Part shown: piece after piece, positions 29,215 to 39,314 of the stretch | How positions within the stretch are numbered: the first letter of the stretch is position 1 | Layout of the letters: each line of letters starts with the position of its first letter | Origin: an archaeon | GTDB taxonomy: Archaea > Nanobdellota > Nanobdellia > Pacearchaeales > GW2011-AR1 | Assembly (NCBI GenBank): GCA_030620045.1 | Contig: JAUXAD010000001.1 | Coordinates: 24,088-88,087 of the forward strand | Length of the DNA: 64,000 nt | Direction: 5' to 3' | Notes under the pieces: model-generated | Databases searched by the model: none | What the model was told of the DNA's origin: nothing | Seen by the model: only the letters and a program-made list of their open reading frames with translations | Translations under genes and position numbers: made by a program

Positions 29215-30108
29215 TTATTTAAAAAATCGAATACAATTCTTCATATACTCTTTTCTCGGCACAACAGAATTATTAACAATTAAAGGAAATTCAATTTCTG
29301 ACATAGGAAGCTTCTTTTTATTTTTTTCATAATTAAAGGTATGCGTCGCATTTTCTTCAAATCCTAGATTTGTAACAAGATTTACCTTTGGAATAACACA
29401 AAGAGCCTTCTTCATCATACAACAAAATATCCACTGATAATCCCAAGTATCAATTTTCTTTTTATATGTAAGATTAAACAACCGCCACGATTTCAGTCTA
29501 ATGAATAAAGGAGGATTAGCCATTAAAAAAAATATTCTCCAAGTTCTAAACTTCCCCCACTTCTTCATCTCAACATCATAATGCTCCCATGCCCTTCTCC
29601 ACGTCGCCCAACCCCACGCATTAAAACCATTCGTAAAAAAATAACTCACAGGTATTTTCGTCTCAACCTCCACATTCGTCCCACCTATCTGCATAATCCT
29701 TTCGTCATCCTTATACTTCTCTAAAAGCTCCTGACAAAACCTAAAAAAACTCTGCGAAGGCAAACAATCATCTTCCAAAATTATACCTGATTCAACATTC
29801 TCAAAAAACCAATCAATCGCCGAAGAAACAGCATATTTACATCCCAAATTTTTCTCCCTAAACAAAGTCTTTACCTTACATTCCCAATCCATATTCTTCA
29901 GAATATATTTTCTTACTGCATCAGTTTTCTTTTTTTCTTCATTATCTCTAGGGCCATCTGCCGCAACAAACAATTCTCTCGGCTTCGCTTTTTGAATTTC
30001 TTGAAACACTTGTCCAGTTGTTTTTAATCTATTAAAAACCAAAAAAAGTATTGGTGTTGTTAATTTAAATTTATCTTTTACCATAAATAACTCTCCTATA
30101 AAAATCAA
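29215..30108 (-). CDS. putative nucleotide-diphospho-sugar transferase (GT-A-like)
   Basis: TPILFLVFNR ... LFVAADGP ... ILEDDCLP (acidic DxD-like) pattern. Confidence 0.35.
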   Translation of the reverse strand: MIFIGELFMVKDKFKLTTPILFLVFNRLKTTGQVFQEIQKAKPRELFVAADGPRDNEEKKKTDAVRKYILKNMDWECKVKTLFREKNLGCKYAVSSAIDWFFENVESGIILEDDCLPSQSFFRFCQELLEKYKDDERIMQIGGTNVEVETKIPVSYFFTNGFNAWGWATWRRAWEHYDVEMKKWGKFRTWRIFFLMANPPLFIRLKSWRLFNLTYKKKIDTWDYQWIFCCMMKKALCVIPKVNLVTNLGFEENATHTFNYEKNKKKLPMSEIEFPLIVNNSVVPRKEYMKNCIRFFK

Positions 30109-31204
30109 TTAATTCCTTTTCTTTTTCTTCAAATATTTTAGGCAACTTATCTTCTTTAAAACAAGATTCATTCAATACTTTCAAATATTCTTCATCATTC
30201 TTGTCTAATTGGATTATTTTTCGAATCATCTTTTTATATGATTTATAGTCGTTATAATCAATAAAAGACCTTGTATTAAAATATTTTTTAATATGTGGGT
30301 CTCCCCTATATATTGGAACAACTCCGGCAAGCAAGGCATTTGGAAGTTTTTCTGTAAGATATTCTTTTGCAAAACTATTTTCAAAACAAATAACAAATTT
30401 ATATTGTTTGAAAAGTTCAGAATTTTCTTTCCAACCTTTTTTAATTAAATCTTTATCTGCTTTTTTAGGCATTGGTTTTTCCTTCCCAAAAAGAATATTG
30501 AAGAGATTAATATCTGGGTTTTCTTTCCATTCATGATTAAATAGTTCATTATTCATATTATTCATTACTTTACCATACGAATCAATCTTTTTATATTTAG
30601 ACAACTTCTTAAAAAAATGAACCCTTTCCCTAGAAGAATTACTTCCTACGAGCATAGTGCAAAATTTTTTGTTTTTCAGATTATTTTTATTCTTTTTCTC
30701 TCTCTTAACTAATTTATTAAGTTTATAATAATATTCTTGTAAAAAAAAAGGAAGAACCATGGTATTTCTAGAATTATAATCTTCTGATAAGAGAAAATAT
30801 ATATTTCTAAACTCCCCTCTTTTTACTTTCTTTAAAACATCTATATAACCAGAGAAAAAATATATAAATGGAAATCCAGAGATAAATTTAGGAAAAAAAC
30901 CATCTAAAAGATCTATTACTTTATATTTTTTATCTCTAATTAATAGATGTAAGATTGATTCTATTATTGAAAAAAGATTTCTTTTAAAGGATAAATTTTC
31001 TCCAGAAATAATTATATTTTTTTTATTCTGATCAAGATAATCATTTTGGCGATGCATAACTACTGGCCCGATAATTAATTGAGCATTTTTTTTGTTATTA
31101 ACAATTTCAACATTAAAATTATCTAAGAGAACTTTTATAGGAAAATAATTTTTAATGTTTATTTCAGGAAAATTTATAAAAAAAACTTTAATTTTTTTAT
31201 TCAT
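30071..31204 (-). CDS. alpha-1,3/4-fucosyltransferase family (GT10)
   Basis: C-terminal KFVICFENSFAKEYLTEKLPNALLAGVVPIYRG matches the GT10 motif (kF.laFENS..dYvTEKl ... vPVy.G). Confidence 0.65.
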   Translation of the reverse strand: MNKKIKVFFINFPEINIKNYFPIKVLLDNFNVEIVNNKKNAQLIIGPVVMHRQNDYLDQNKKNIIISGENLSFKRNLFSIIESILHLLIRDKKYKVIDLLDGFFPKFISGFPFIYFFSGYIDVLKKVKRGEFRNIYFLLSEDYNSRNTMVLPFFLQEYYYKLNKLVKREKKNKNNLKNKKFCTMLVGSNSSRERVHFFKKLSKYKKIDSYGKVMNNMNNELFNHEWKENPDINLFNILFGKEKPMPKKADKDLIKKGWKENSELFKQYKFVICFENSFAKEYLTEKLPNALLAGVVPIYRGDPHIKKYFNTRSFIDYNDYKSYKKMIRKIIQLDKNDEEYLKVLNESCFKEDKLPKIFEEKEKELIDFYRRVIYGKR

Positions 31205-31233
31205 TTTATATCTTTAATCTGAGAAAAATGTTT

Positions 31234-32289
31234 TTAAAAATTATTTTTTTTAAGAACATTACAAATCTCATTTAATATGTCATCGATATCAAATTTATAA
31301 TTCCATTCAGGATAATGATTTTTAAATTTAGTTACATCTGAAATATACCAAATATGGTCTCCTGAACGATTATTATCTAAATATTCTATGTTTCCTTTTT
31401 TTCCTAATATATGCTCAATTTTTTTTATTGCTTCTTTCATTGAGATATTAGAATGCCTAGAACCTCCAATATTATATACTTCTCCTATACGAGGATTTAA
31501 ATAAAAATGGTAAAAGGCGTTCACTAAATCATAAGAGTGAATATTATCTCTTACCTGTTTACCCTTATAACCAAAAATAGTATATTTTTTACCTGTTGCA
31601 ATACACTTTACTAAATATACTAAAAAACCATGCAATTCTGCGGCACTATGTGCTGGACCAGTTAAACAACCCCCTCTAAAACAAACAGTCTTTAAATTAA
31701 AATATCTACCATATTCTTGAACTAAGATATCTGCAGCAACTTTAGATGCTCCAAAGATACTATGCTTAGAATGATCAATTGACATTTTTTCATTTATCCC
31801 CTCTTTTGCATATTTATGAGACTCATCAATCTCATAACGATCTTCTAATTCAATGAGGGGTAGCTTATTTGGAGTATCACCATAAACTTTGTTTGTTGAT
31901 GTAAAAATAAATACAGCCTTAGGACAATAGTTTCTAAAATTTTCCAATAGATTTAATGTTCCATTTGCATTTATTTCGAAATCCGTAAAAGGTTCCCTAA
32001 CTGCCCAGTCATGCGATGGTTGTGCTGCACAATGTATGATCAGATCAAATTTGTTTATTTTAAATAATTCTTCTATTTTTTCTTTGTCTCTTATGTCGAT
32101 ATTTAAATGAATATAATTTGTGTGCGTTTTAAGTTTTGAGATGTTCCATAAATTGTCACCATCATCTCCAAAAAAATATTTTCTCATATTATTGTCTATA
32201 CCGAATACTAAAAATCCCTTTTGAATGAAAAATTTTACCGCTTCGGATCCGATTAATCCTCCTGATCCCGTTATTAAAATTTTTTTCAT
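31234..32289 (-). CDS. NAD-dependent epimerase/dehydratase (CDP-paratose/tyvelose 2-epimerase-like)
   Basis: [10 protein letters not shown] Rossmann; [17 protein letters not shown] catalytic YxxxK region. Confidence 0.7.
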   Translation of the reverse strand: MKKILITGSGGLIGSEAVKFFIQKGFLVFGIDNNMRKYFFGDDGDNLWNISKLKTHTNYIHLNIDIRDKEKIEELFKINKFDLIIHCAAQPSHDWAVREPFTDFEINANGTLNLLENFRNYCPKAVFIFTSTNKVYGDTPNKLPLIELEDRYEIDESHKYAKEGINEKMSIDHSKHSIFGASKVAADILVQEYGRYFNLKTVCFRGGCLTGPAHSAAELHGFLVYLVKCIATGKKYTIFGYKGKQVRDNIHSYDLVNAFYHFYLNPRIGEVYNIGGSRHSNISMKEAIKKIEHILGKKGNIEYLDNNRSGDHIWYISDVTKFKNHYPEWNYKFDIDDILNEICNVLKKNNF

Positions 32290-32604
32290 AAACTCAGAAT
32301 CATATAGTAATTTAAATACTTAACTATGTTATAATACAGATTTTAACTATATCTATATGTAAAATTGTTTCTTCTTTTTACTATTTTTACAAAAGTTCTC
32401 ATTAAATCAAAAATTTCTGAAATATTTTTATTCTTTTTTTTCATTTTAAAACTTTCTCATAAAATTTAATCAAATCTTTTCTATTTTTTGCAATTATCTG
32501 ATCAAACTTATTCAGTATTATTTTTGTAGGAGAAAATTCTCCTGCATCTTTTTTGCTAATGTTACTTAAGAAAACACTTTCATTTTTGGATTTGTTTTTT
32601 ATAC

Positions 32605-33441
32605 TCATTTTCGGTTTTCTAATGGGATAAATGCTTTACGATTGACTTCAACAAAATTCTTTTTATTGCCTTTTGATGCAATAAAGTACCCTCCGTAAGA
32701 TTTAGATAATTTGAAGAACCATCTATTTTTCTGACCCAACTTATAATCCATTTCTGATATTTTCTTTAGATAATTTATTCTTAATTTTAAACTTATTTTG
32801 GATAATATTAATGAAGGTATTGCAAAAATTTTTGATAAAGAAATCAATAATCCTCCCCTTGTAATCACTCTTTCAATCCTAAATCCTGAATGTTCTAAAA
32901 GTCTTTTCATTGTTTTTTGTGTGTGCATTCTAACATGATATTCTGCATGGTCATCGTAATAGGGAATAGTTATGATTAGTTTTCCATCTCTCTTTAAAAT
33001 CCTTCTTACTTCTTTTAAAGCCTCCAAATCTTCAAATATATGTTCTATAATCTCTCCCATGATTACAGCATCAAAGGTTTCATTTTTGAAAATTTGTTTT
33101 TTTGTTATATCACCAATTACCAAATTAGGAACATTTTGTTTACCTAAATCCAGATTTACGATTTCTTTTCCTAGTGCATTAAGAAAATGATAATCCCTTC
33201 CCCATAAGCACCCTACTATTAGGATTTTTTTCTTATTCCCGACAAGCCTAGAAATTATATAAGCTCCTTCGAAATCTCTAAGTCCAAGAAGCTTTTTTTT
33301 AACTTCTCTTTCCAATTTGTCAATTTTTTCTATATCTATTTTCATCATAAAAGATTTTCTTTTTTCTTTTCTTTTTGACATTTTTAGATGAAAATCATTT
33401 TTTATAACCAAATCTTTCAAAATCTTCCTTATATCTTTCAT
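32605..33441 (-). CDS. class I SAM-dependent methyltransferase
   Basis: ILIVGCLWGRD ... VNLDL ... FDAVIMGEIIEHI. Confidence 0.6.
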   Translation of the reverse strand: MKDIRKILKDLVIKNDFHLKMSKRKEKRKSFMMKIDIEKIDKLEREVKKKLLGLRDFEGAYIISRLVGNKKKILIVGCLWGRDYHFLNALGKEIVNLDLGKQNVPNLVIGDITKKQIFKNETFDAVIMGEIIEHIFEDLEALKEVRRILKRDGKLIITIPYYDDHAEYHVRMHTQKTMKRLLEHSGFRIERVITRGGLLISLSKIFAIPSLILSKISLKLRINYLKKISEMDYKLGQKNRWFFKLSKSYGGYFIASKGNKKNFVEVNRKAFIPLENRK

Positions 33442-33453
33442 AGATTATCTTTT

Positions 33454-34122
33454 TTAATTCAGGTGTATAGTGATCTTCAAGTTTGCTTTTTTAGAAGTTA
33501 TATTTTTATTTTTTAGATTTTTCACTTTATCAAACCCTAATAAATTGGAAATAAAGGACCAGTCTTTTTCAAAGTCTTCTAGCTTCCCAATAAAATCCAT
33601 CTTTAAACCATTCCCCTCAATCAATTCCCCATAAGATTTTAAATGATAATCTGTTAACCGGTCAGGTATTTTTGAAGTTATTTTAACAAATTCTTCAAAA
33701 GATAGATCCTTTCCACTAATCTTATTTAAAACCCCATTGAATTGATAAATATATTTAGATGTAGCATTTCTTTTAATCTTGTCTGTATATGCAGACAAGA
33801 CTCTTGCATATGGATTTCTTACAAATGTAAAGAAGAAATTATTTTTATTCAATCTTTTGATTCTTTTTTTGTCTCCGAGGTAGATCCGTTCTCCTGGATA
33901 TTTATTTCTTATTGCAATTACTATTGTTGAATTTGCGCATTTGCCTATTCCGAGATAATAGGCATAATCTCCACATTTAATGAAAGGAGGTTCTTCTCCC
34001 GCAGTCTTTCCTCTTAATTTTAAAAAAGAAATATAGGGCATAGCCATAAGCCTATGCAATAAAAATGGAGAGTTCCAAAGTTTCCTAAACCCCTTTCCCA
34101 TTTTTTCAATTTGTTTTACCAT
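33454..34122 (-). CDS. carbohydrate sulfotransferase-like protein (Sulfotransfer_2 family)
   Basis: FFFTFVRNPYARVLSAY matches the 3'-phosphate-binding motif (fVRdP.eRlvSaY); the upstream GIGKCANST is a candidate 5'-PSB. Confidence 0.5.
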   Translation of the reverse strand: MVKQIEKMGKGFRKLWNSPFLLHRLMAMPYISFLKLRGKTAGEEPPFIKCGDYAYYLGIGKCANSTIVIAIRNKYPGERIYLGDKKRIKRLNKNNFFFTFVRNPYARVLSAYTDKIKRNATSKYIYQFNGVLNKISGKDLSFEEFVKITSKIPDRLTDYHLKSYGELIEGNGLKMDFIGKLEDFEKDWSFISNLLGFDKVKNLKNKNITSKKANLKITIHLN

Positions 34123-35302
34123 TTAAAATCCTCCGATACTCTTTAACCAATCTTTCACCATAATTTTCCCACGAGTATTTTTCAACCAATTTCCTTGCAT
34201 TTCTTCCCATTTTTTTAACAATTTTAGGATTATTATAGAAATAAAAGATTTTATCTTTTAAAATTTTTAAATCTCTAATTGGAATAATAAATCCCTCCTT
34301 CCCATCTCTAGCGACAGTTCCAGAGTTAAAAGTCGTAACCATAGGTAATCCTGACGCCATAGCTTCATATGTTACCAAAGCCGAACCTTCTTCCACCGTA
34401 GGAAAAACAAAAATATCTGAAGCCCTCAAATGCGAAGAAGTATTAGAATCAAACCCCGTAAATTTTATAGTGGGATTATTTTTGTATCTATCCACTATCC
34501 TTGCCGTGTCTGGCCAGACCCTTCCAACAACAACCAACTCAGCATTCTTTAATCGCAACTCTTCCCACGCCTGAAGCATATATTGTATACCTTTTCTCAA
34601 CTGAAGCGACCCCACAAAAATCGCACGAAATTTAGAATCCTTCTTTATCTTCCCCGCAGGAAACTTTTCTAAATCAACCCCATAAGGGATAAGAACAAGT
34701 TTATCTTCAGAGAAACCGTTTTCCAAAAAAGAATTATAAACAAATTTCGAAGGACATATCACATAGTCATACAACTTATACGTTTCCAGCACACTCTTCA
34801 GCTTATGTTTATAATAAGGGTCTGAAACACCATATTTTTTATTTTCATATTTAAGAATATTGCTCGCATTTAATATATGACTATTCGCCCCCTCTAAAAT
34901 TAATATCGAACCAAATTTCTTAGCTTTTCTAATCGCTTCTGGAGCAAGGTCTGTCCAGGTATGATATATCTTACATTTAGGTAAGTTACGCGCAACCCCC
35001 TTCCCAAAAAAATAATTGACATGCTTAAATGGATCAATATTAAGATTTAATTTCTTTTGAAGAAATCTCAGAGGAAACGACAAAGTTTCCAAATAACCAA
35101 ACGACTTAATATTTTTTTTATTTAATTTAAGTTTTTTATCATACCCTCTACAAAAAATCTTATAAGTTAATCCAGAATCTTCCAAATGCTTAACTATATT
35201 ATATGCGATCATACCTATCCCAGTACTACCAAGTTTCGAACCAATAACATAAACAACGTCTACCTCCTTTCTAGTATCATTAACATTATCCACATTTTTC
35301 AT
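34106..35302 (-). CDS. glycosyltransferase family 4 (GT-B)
   Basis: EGSALVTYEAMASGLPMVTT. Confidence 0.7.
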   Translation of the reverse strand: MKNVDNVNDTRKEVDVVYVIGSKLGSTGIGMIAYNIVKHLEDSGLTYKIFCRGYDKKLKLNKKNIKSFGYLETLSFPLRFLQKKLNLNIDPFKHVNYFFGKGVARNLPKCKIYHTWTDLAPEAIRKAKKFGSILILEGANSHILNASNILKYENKKYGVSDPYYKHKLKSVLETYKLYDYVICPSKFVYNSFLENGFSEDKLVLIPYGVDLEKFPAGKIKKDSKFRAIFVGSLQLRKGIQYMLQAWEELRLKNAELVVVGRVWPDTARIVDRYKNNPTIKFTGFDSNTSSHLRASDIFVFPTVEEGSALVTYEAMASGLPMVTTFNSGTVARDGKEGFIIPIRDLKILKDKIFYFYNNPKIVKKMGRNARKLVEKYSWENYGERLVKEYRRILNGKTN

Positions 35303-36279
35303 TTTATCTTTATACCAAAAGAAGTCATAACCCTCTTTATATATTTAGTTAATCCAGTTTTTCTAACAATTTTTTTCGTATTATTAATTAAATTTTCTTT
35401 CGAATAAACTCCAATACACCCGTCACAGTCATAACAGAGCGTTCCTTTCGCACCATTTTTAAAAGCCTTTCTTATTCTCTTGAATTCTTCTCCCTTAAAC
35501 AAAGAAGTATAAGAAGCAGTTAAAAGATTTCCAAGCGTATGCCTCTGCCCATAATCCGCGTTGCAGAATCCAACTGATCCATCCGGATACACATCATTAT
35601 GATTCAAATATTTCGAATTCTTACACAAAACCAATTTCCCTCTACTTTTTATTTTTGATTTTATATGCGAAACATTTCCAGCCCTATTATACAAAGGAAA
35701 TTTTAATGCAGTGATATTATTCTTTTTTAAAATTGGTATAATTTTCTTATGAAGCGAACCATAATATGTGAATGTGCAATTCTTTAACGGATTCTTCGCG
35801 ACCCTATCCAATATTCTTAAATAATCACCGTCTACTTTCATATTAGTATTCCCATCATTATCCGGAAGATGAATATATGTTAATCCAAATGGAATATCAC
35901 AAATTCTTTCATAATCTTCATTCCTCATTCCTATTAATGTAGTACATAAAATCATTTGAAATCCTTTATCATTCGTATATTCAATCATCTTTGCACAATC
36001 CTTATTCAAAAACGGTTCAGCCATACCAGAAAAATCTACCCTTACATTTCTAGGAAGTTTAGCCAAAATAATTTTAAAATTTCCAAATGACATTTTTTTT
36101 ACATCCGTTCTTTTAAAATAATTATGAATCAAAGTCTTTTGAGGACAATAGCTACAATTATTTACACATCCAATCACTGTTGAAAATGCCATTAACGGAG
36201 TCTTAAAATCATCTTCCATCTCAATTTTTCCCCAAAGCCCATTTAATTGGATGCCTAATTCTTTTAACCATATTCTCAT
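35299..36279 (-). CDS. radical SAM protein (possible SPASM/twitch C-terminus)
   Basis: GCVNNCSYCPQ CxxxCxxC; C-terminal CYDCDGC. Confidence 0.6.
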   Translation of the reverse strand: MRIWLKELGIQLNGLWGKIEMEDDFKTPLMAFSTVIGCVNNCSYCPQKTLIHNYFKRTDVKKMSFGNFKIILAKLPRNVRVDFSGMAEPFLNKDCAKMIEYTNDKGFQMILCTTLIGMRNEDYERICDIPFGLTYIHLPDNDGNTNMKVDGDYLRILDRVAKNPLKNCTFTYYGSLHKKIIPILKKNNITALKFPLYNRAGNVSHIKSKIKSRGKLVLCKNSKYLNHNDVYPDGSVGFCNADYGQRHTLGNLLTASYTSLFKGEEFKRIRKAFKNGAKGTLCYDCDGCIGVYSKENLINNTKKIVRKTGLTKYIKRVMTSFGIKIK

Positions 36280-36913
36280 ACCTTACTTTTTGCAAATAGA
36301 GTTTAGGATGAACCATTGATAGAACCGACTCCTCAAATTTCATTTTATTAAGATTATAATTCTTCCTAACAAACAACATAATATTCTGTGCATACCAAAA
36401 ACTTACCTCATTATTATTCCATATTTTCTTACGAATAATATCAATAGGAAAATATTCCTTCTCCTTAAACAATTCAGCCCAATATTTCAACCACTGCTCA
36501 TTAACATGATTTGTCCCGCCTTGATAGGGAATTGCAGCCGAAAATAAAATAATCGGAGCAAGATTCGTAAGACTTTCAACAAAACCTTTCGCAGAATTTT
36601 TAGATAAATGCTCCGCAACTTCCAAACAAACTGCCAAATCAAATTTCCTATCTATCTCCAAAGGTTTTTCTAAATCCACAACTCTAAAATCTTTTTCAGA
36701 AATAAGTAATCTTTCTTTCTTTACCCATTTCCCGTCTACACCAAATATATCACTAACACCCTCTTTCTCAAAAACACTCAAAAATCCACCAAGCCCACAA
36801 CTTACATCTATCACACTCTTCGGTTTAATTAATTCCATAACCAACGGAACAATAACCTTCGCAGAAACTAAAGAAGATTCAAGTTCATCATAAAATTTAT
36901 CGGTATATTTCAT
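36221..36913 (-). CDS. class I SAM-dependent methyltransferase (paralogue of 24295-25083)
   Basis: VIDVSCGLGGF ... GVDG ... LEVAEHL ... IPYQGGTNHVNEQW. Confidence 0.65.
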   Translation of the reverse strand: MKYTDKFYDELESSLVSAKVIVPLVMELIKPKSVIDVSCGLGGFLSVFEKEGVSDIFGVDGKWVKKERLLISEKDFRVVDLEKPLEIDRKFDLAVCLEVAEHLSKNSAKGFVESLTNLAPIILFSAAIPYQGGTNHVNEQWLKYWAELFKEKEYFPIDIIRKKIWNNNEVSFWYAQNIMLFVRKNYNLNKMKFEESVLSMVHPKLYLQKVRYENMVKRIRHPIKWALGKN

Positions 36914-36989
36914 TTCTCAAACTCTACAATAAGCAGCCACCCCCATTTTTTTTTCATCCAATCCACAACCTTCCTCGGCAAAAAAGAAA

Positions 36990-37742
36990 TCATTCGAGTC
37001 CCATATGAGTAATCGAAATTCTCTTCACTCTTAAACCTACCCTTTCCAATTCTTTCCCTAATTCCTTAGGACTAAAATGCCTATGATAAAACCCATCGGT
37101 ATAAAAATCCTGTACCCTTTCAAAATCATATCCCCTAAAAATCTTCCATCTCAATAGCAACCAATACAAACCATTCACATAATATCTCAAACTATTTTTA
37201 TTATAAACCATAATCAATCCACCTCCACCTTTCTTTAAAACCCTTGAAACTTCCTCAAATGCTCTAGATGTGTTCTCTGAATGATGCAAAACCCCCCACG
37301 AAAAAACAAAATCAAAAGCATTTGCAGAAAAACTCAAACTCTCCGCATCTTCTCGATGAACTTCCAACTTCAAATTTTGAGTTCTCGCATTTTCTTTTGT
37401 AATATTCACCCCATTCTCCGTAATATCTACCGAAGTTATTTTCGCCCCGCCCTTAGCAAACAAACAAGAAGCTGCACCAGAACCACACCCAATTTCTAAA
37501 ACTAATTTATTCTTTAACCCCCCAAAATTAAACTCATCACGAACAAACGGATTCCCATACAAAAATTCTTTTTCAATTTTCAAAAAATCTTCCTTTGTCG
37601 TCGGGATTCTCTCCTTCCCTTCCCAGTCAACATAAGTCATAGGTAACGATTCCCACCAAAGCCGATTTTTCTCCTGTTTATCCGAAACCTCTTTCGACAA
37701 ATTATCCGAAACCTCTTTCATTATCCTAACCCTGTTTCTCAT
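36990..37742 (-). CDS. class I SAM-dependent methyltransferase (paralogue of 18373-19215)
   Basis: LWWESLPMTY ... VLEIGCGSGAASCLFAKGGAKITSVDIT ... VYNKNSLRYY. Confidence 0.7.
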   Translation of the reverse strand: MRNRVRIMKEVSDNLSKEVSDKQEKNRLWWESLPMTYVDWEGKERIPTTKEDFLKIEKEFLYGNPFVRDEFNFGGLKNKLVLEIGCGSGAASCLFAKGGAKITSVDITENGVNITKENARTQNLKLEVHREDAESLSFSANAFDFVFSWGVLHHSENTSRAFEEVSRVLKKGGGGLIMVYNKNSLRYYVNGLYWLLLRWKIFRGYDFERVQDFYTDGFYHRHFSPKELGKELERVGLRVKRISITHMGLE

Positions 37743-38733
37743 TTCTTATTTCTCCATCATAAGCACTTTTTATTATATCATGAATATCTCTTAAAGGCTT
37801 CCATCTCAACAAATTCTCAGCTTTTCTAAAAGTCGCCAACAAAACTGGCGGGTCCCCAGCATTCCCCTCCTTAAAAACAATTCTAGCCTTTTTACCAGAA
37901 ACTTCTTCAACTATCTTCACAAGCTCAAGAAGACTATTCCCCTTATTAGTTCCCAAATTAAACGAATCCGAAGACCCCCCTTCCTCTAAAAATTTCAAGG
38001 CCCTAAAGTGAGCATCAACAAGATCCGAAACATGAATAAAATCCCTCACGCAAGTCCCATCCACAGTATCATAATCCTTCCCAAAAATCTTAATTTCCTT
38101 ATCCTCCAAAATCAATTTTATTATCAAAGGTATTATGTGAGTCTCTGGATTATGATTCTCACCTAAACCAAAACTCACCCCCCCAACATTAAAATATCTC
38201 AAAAGCACATAATTTATTTTATAAATCTTATTATACCACTTCAAAATTTTTTCTATCATCAACTTACTCTCACCATAAGGATTAATTGGCTTCTGACAAC
38301 AATTTTCTTCTATCGGAATTGTCGCAGGAATACCGTAAGTCGCACAAGAAGAAGAGAAAATTATTTTCTTTACATTTTTCTCCTTCATCATCTCAAGAAG
38401 ATTAATCGAGCCACAAACATTATTATAAAAATATTTTCCAGGAAATTCCATACTCTCTCTAACATAAGCATTCCCAGCAAAATGAAAGACGACATCAATA
38501 TCATACCTATCAAACACCTCCCTAACTTTTTCCCTATTCAACAAATCTCCCTCGACAAAAATTATTTCTGCAGGCAAAAATCTCCTATTCCCTCCCTCAG
38601 ATAAATTATCCAAAACAATTATATCTTCTTTCTTAATTCCTTTTTCCATTAAAAGAAAAACCATATGACTTCCAATATACCCAGCTCCCCCAGTAACCAA
38701 AATTTTACCCATACATTTCTTATAAAGATTCAT
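37726..38733 (-). CDS. galE: UDP-glucose 4-epimerase family
   Basis: [13 protein letters not shown] ... YGESKLMIE (YxxxK). Confidence 0.8.
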   Translation of the reverse strand: MNLYKKCMGKILVTGGAGYIGSHMVFLLMEKGIKKEDIIVLDNLSEGGNRRFLPAEIIFVEGDLLNREKVREVFDRYDIDVVFHFAGNAYVRESMEFPGKYFYNNVCGSINLLEMMKEKNVKKIIFSSSCATYGIPATIPIEENCCQKPINPYGESKLMIEKILKWYNKIYKINYVLLRYFNVGGVSFGLGENHNPETHIIPLIIKLILEDKEIKIFGKDYDTVDGTCVRDFIHVSDLVDAHFRALKFLEEGGSSDSFNLGTNKGNSLLELVKIVEEVSGKKARIVFKEGNAGDPPVLLATFRKAENLLRWKPLRDIHDIIKSAYDGEIRNEKQG

Positions 38734-39314
38734 TTAATAAACCTTATGACTTCGGCCGCTTCAATTAAATCTTTTACTACAAAATCCGGCTTAATATTAT
38801 CATCTTTCTTATTATTCCCCAATAAAATAGTTTTCACCCCGATTTTATTTCCAAAATCTAAATCCGATAAGTTATCTCCGATCATATAAGATTTTTCCAA
38901 TTTAATCAGGGGATAATCTTTTTTTATTTCCTTAAATAATCCTATTTTCGGTTTTCTGCACAAGCAATTATCATCAGGGCGATGAGGACAATAATAAATT
39001 CCTAAAAAGGTAATACCTTCATTTTTCAAGAATTCAACCAAATAGTTATTGAAAATTTTCATATCTTTTTCAGAATACAATTCCCTTCCTATTCCAGACT
39101 GATTTGTAACAATGATAAACTCAAATCCATCATTCTTTAACTTTATCAATCCATCAACGACACCATCTACTAACTTAAAATCATCAATTTTATAGGTATA
39201 ACCTTTATCCTCATTTAAGGTACCGTCTCGATCTAAAAAAATGACTTTCATAACCCTTAAATATCCCCTTTTTTTTTTAAATCTATGCAAAAAAAAATCC
39301 GTGTTCACCTTCAA
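38730..39314 (-). CDS. gmhB: D,D-heptose 1,7-bisphosphate phosphatase-like HAD-IIIA hydrolase
   Basis: VIFLDRDGTLN ... IVTNQSGIGR ... YYCPHRPDDNCLCRKP. Confidence 0.7.
   Translation of the reverse strand: MKVNTDFFLHRFKKKRGYLRVMKVIFLDRDGTLNEDKGYTYKIDDFKLVDGVVDGLIKLKNDGFEFIIVTNQSGIGRELYSEKDMKIFNNYLVEFLKNEGITFLGIYYCPHRPDDNCLCRKPKIGLFKEIKKDYPLIKLEKSYMIGDNLSDLDFGNKIGVKTILLGNNKKDDNIKPDFVVKDLIEAAEVIRFIK

Noticed and set aside
32441-32608. 55-codon minus-strand ORF overlapping the upstream MTase stop (ATGA)
   Set aside because: Too short, Lys-rich, no motif; probably the 3' UTR/terminator region of the 32605-33441 gene.
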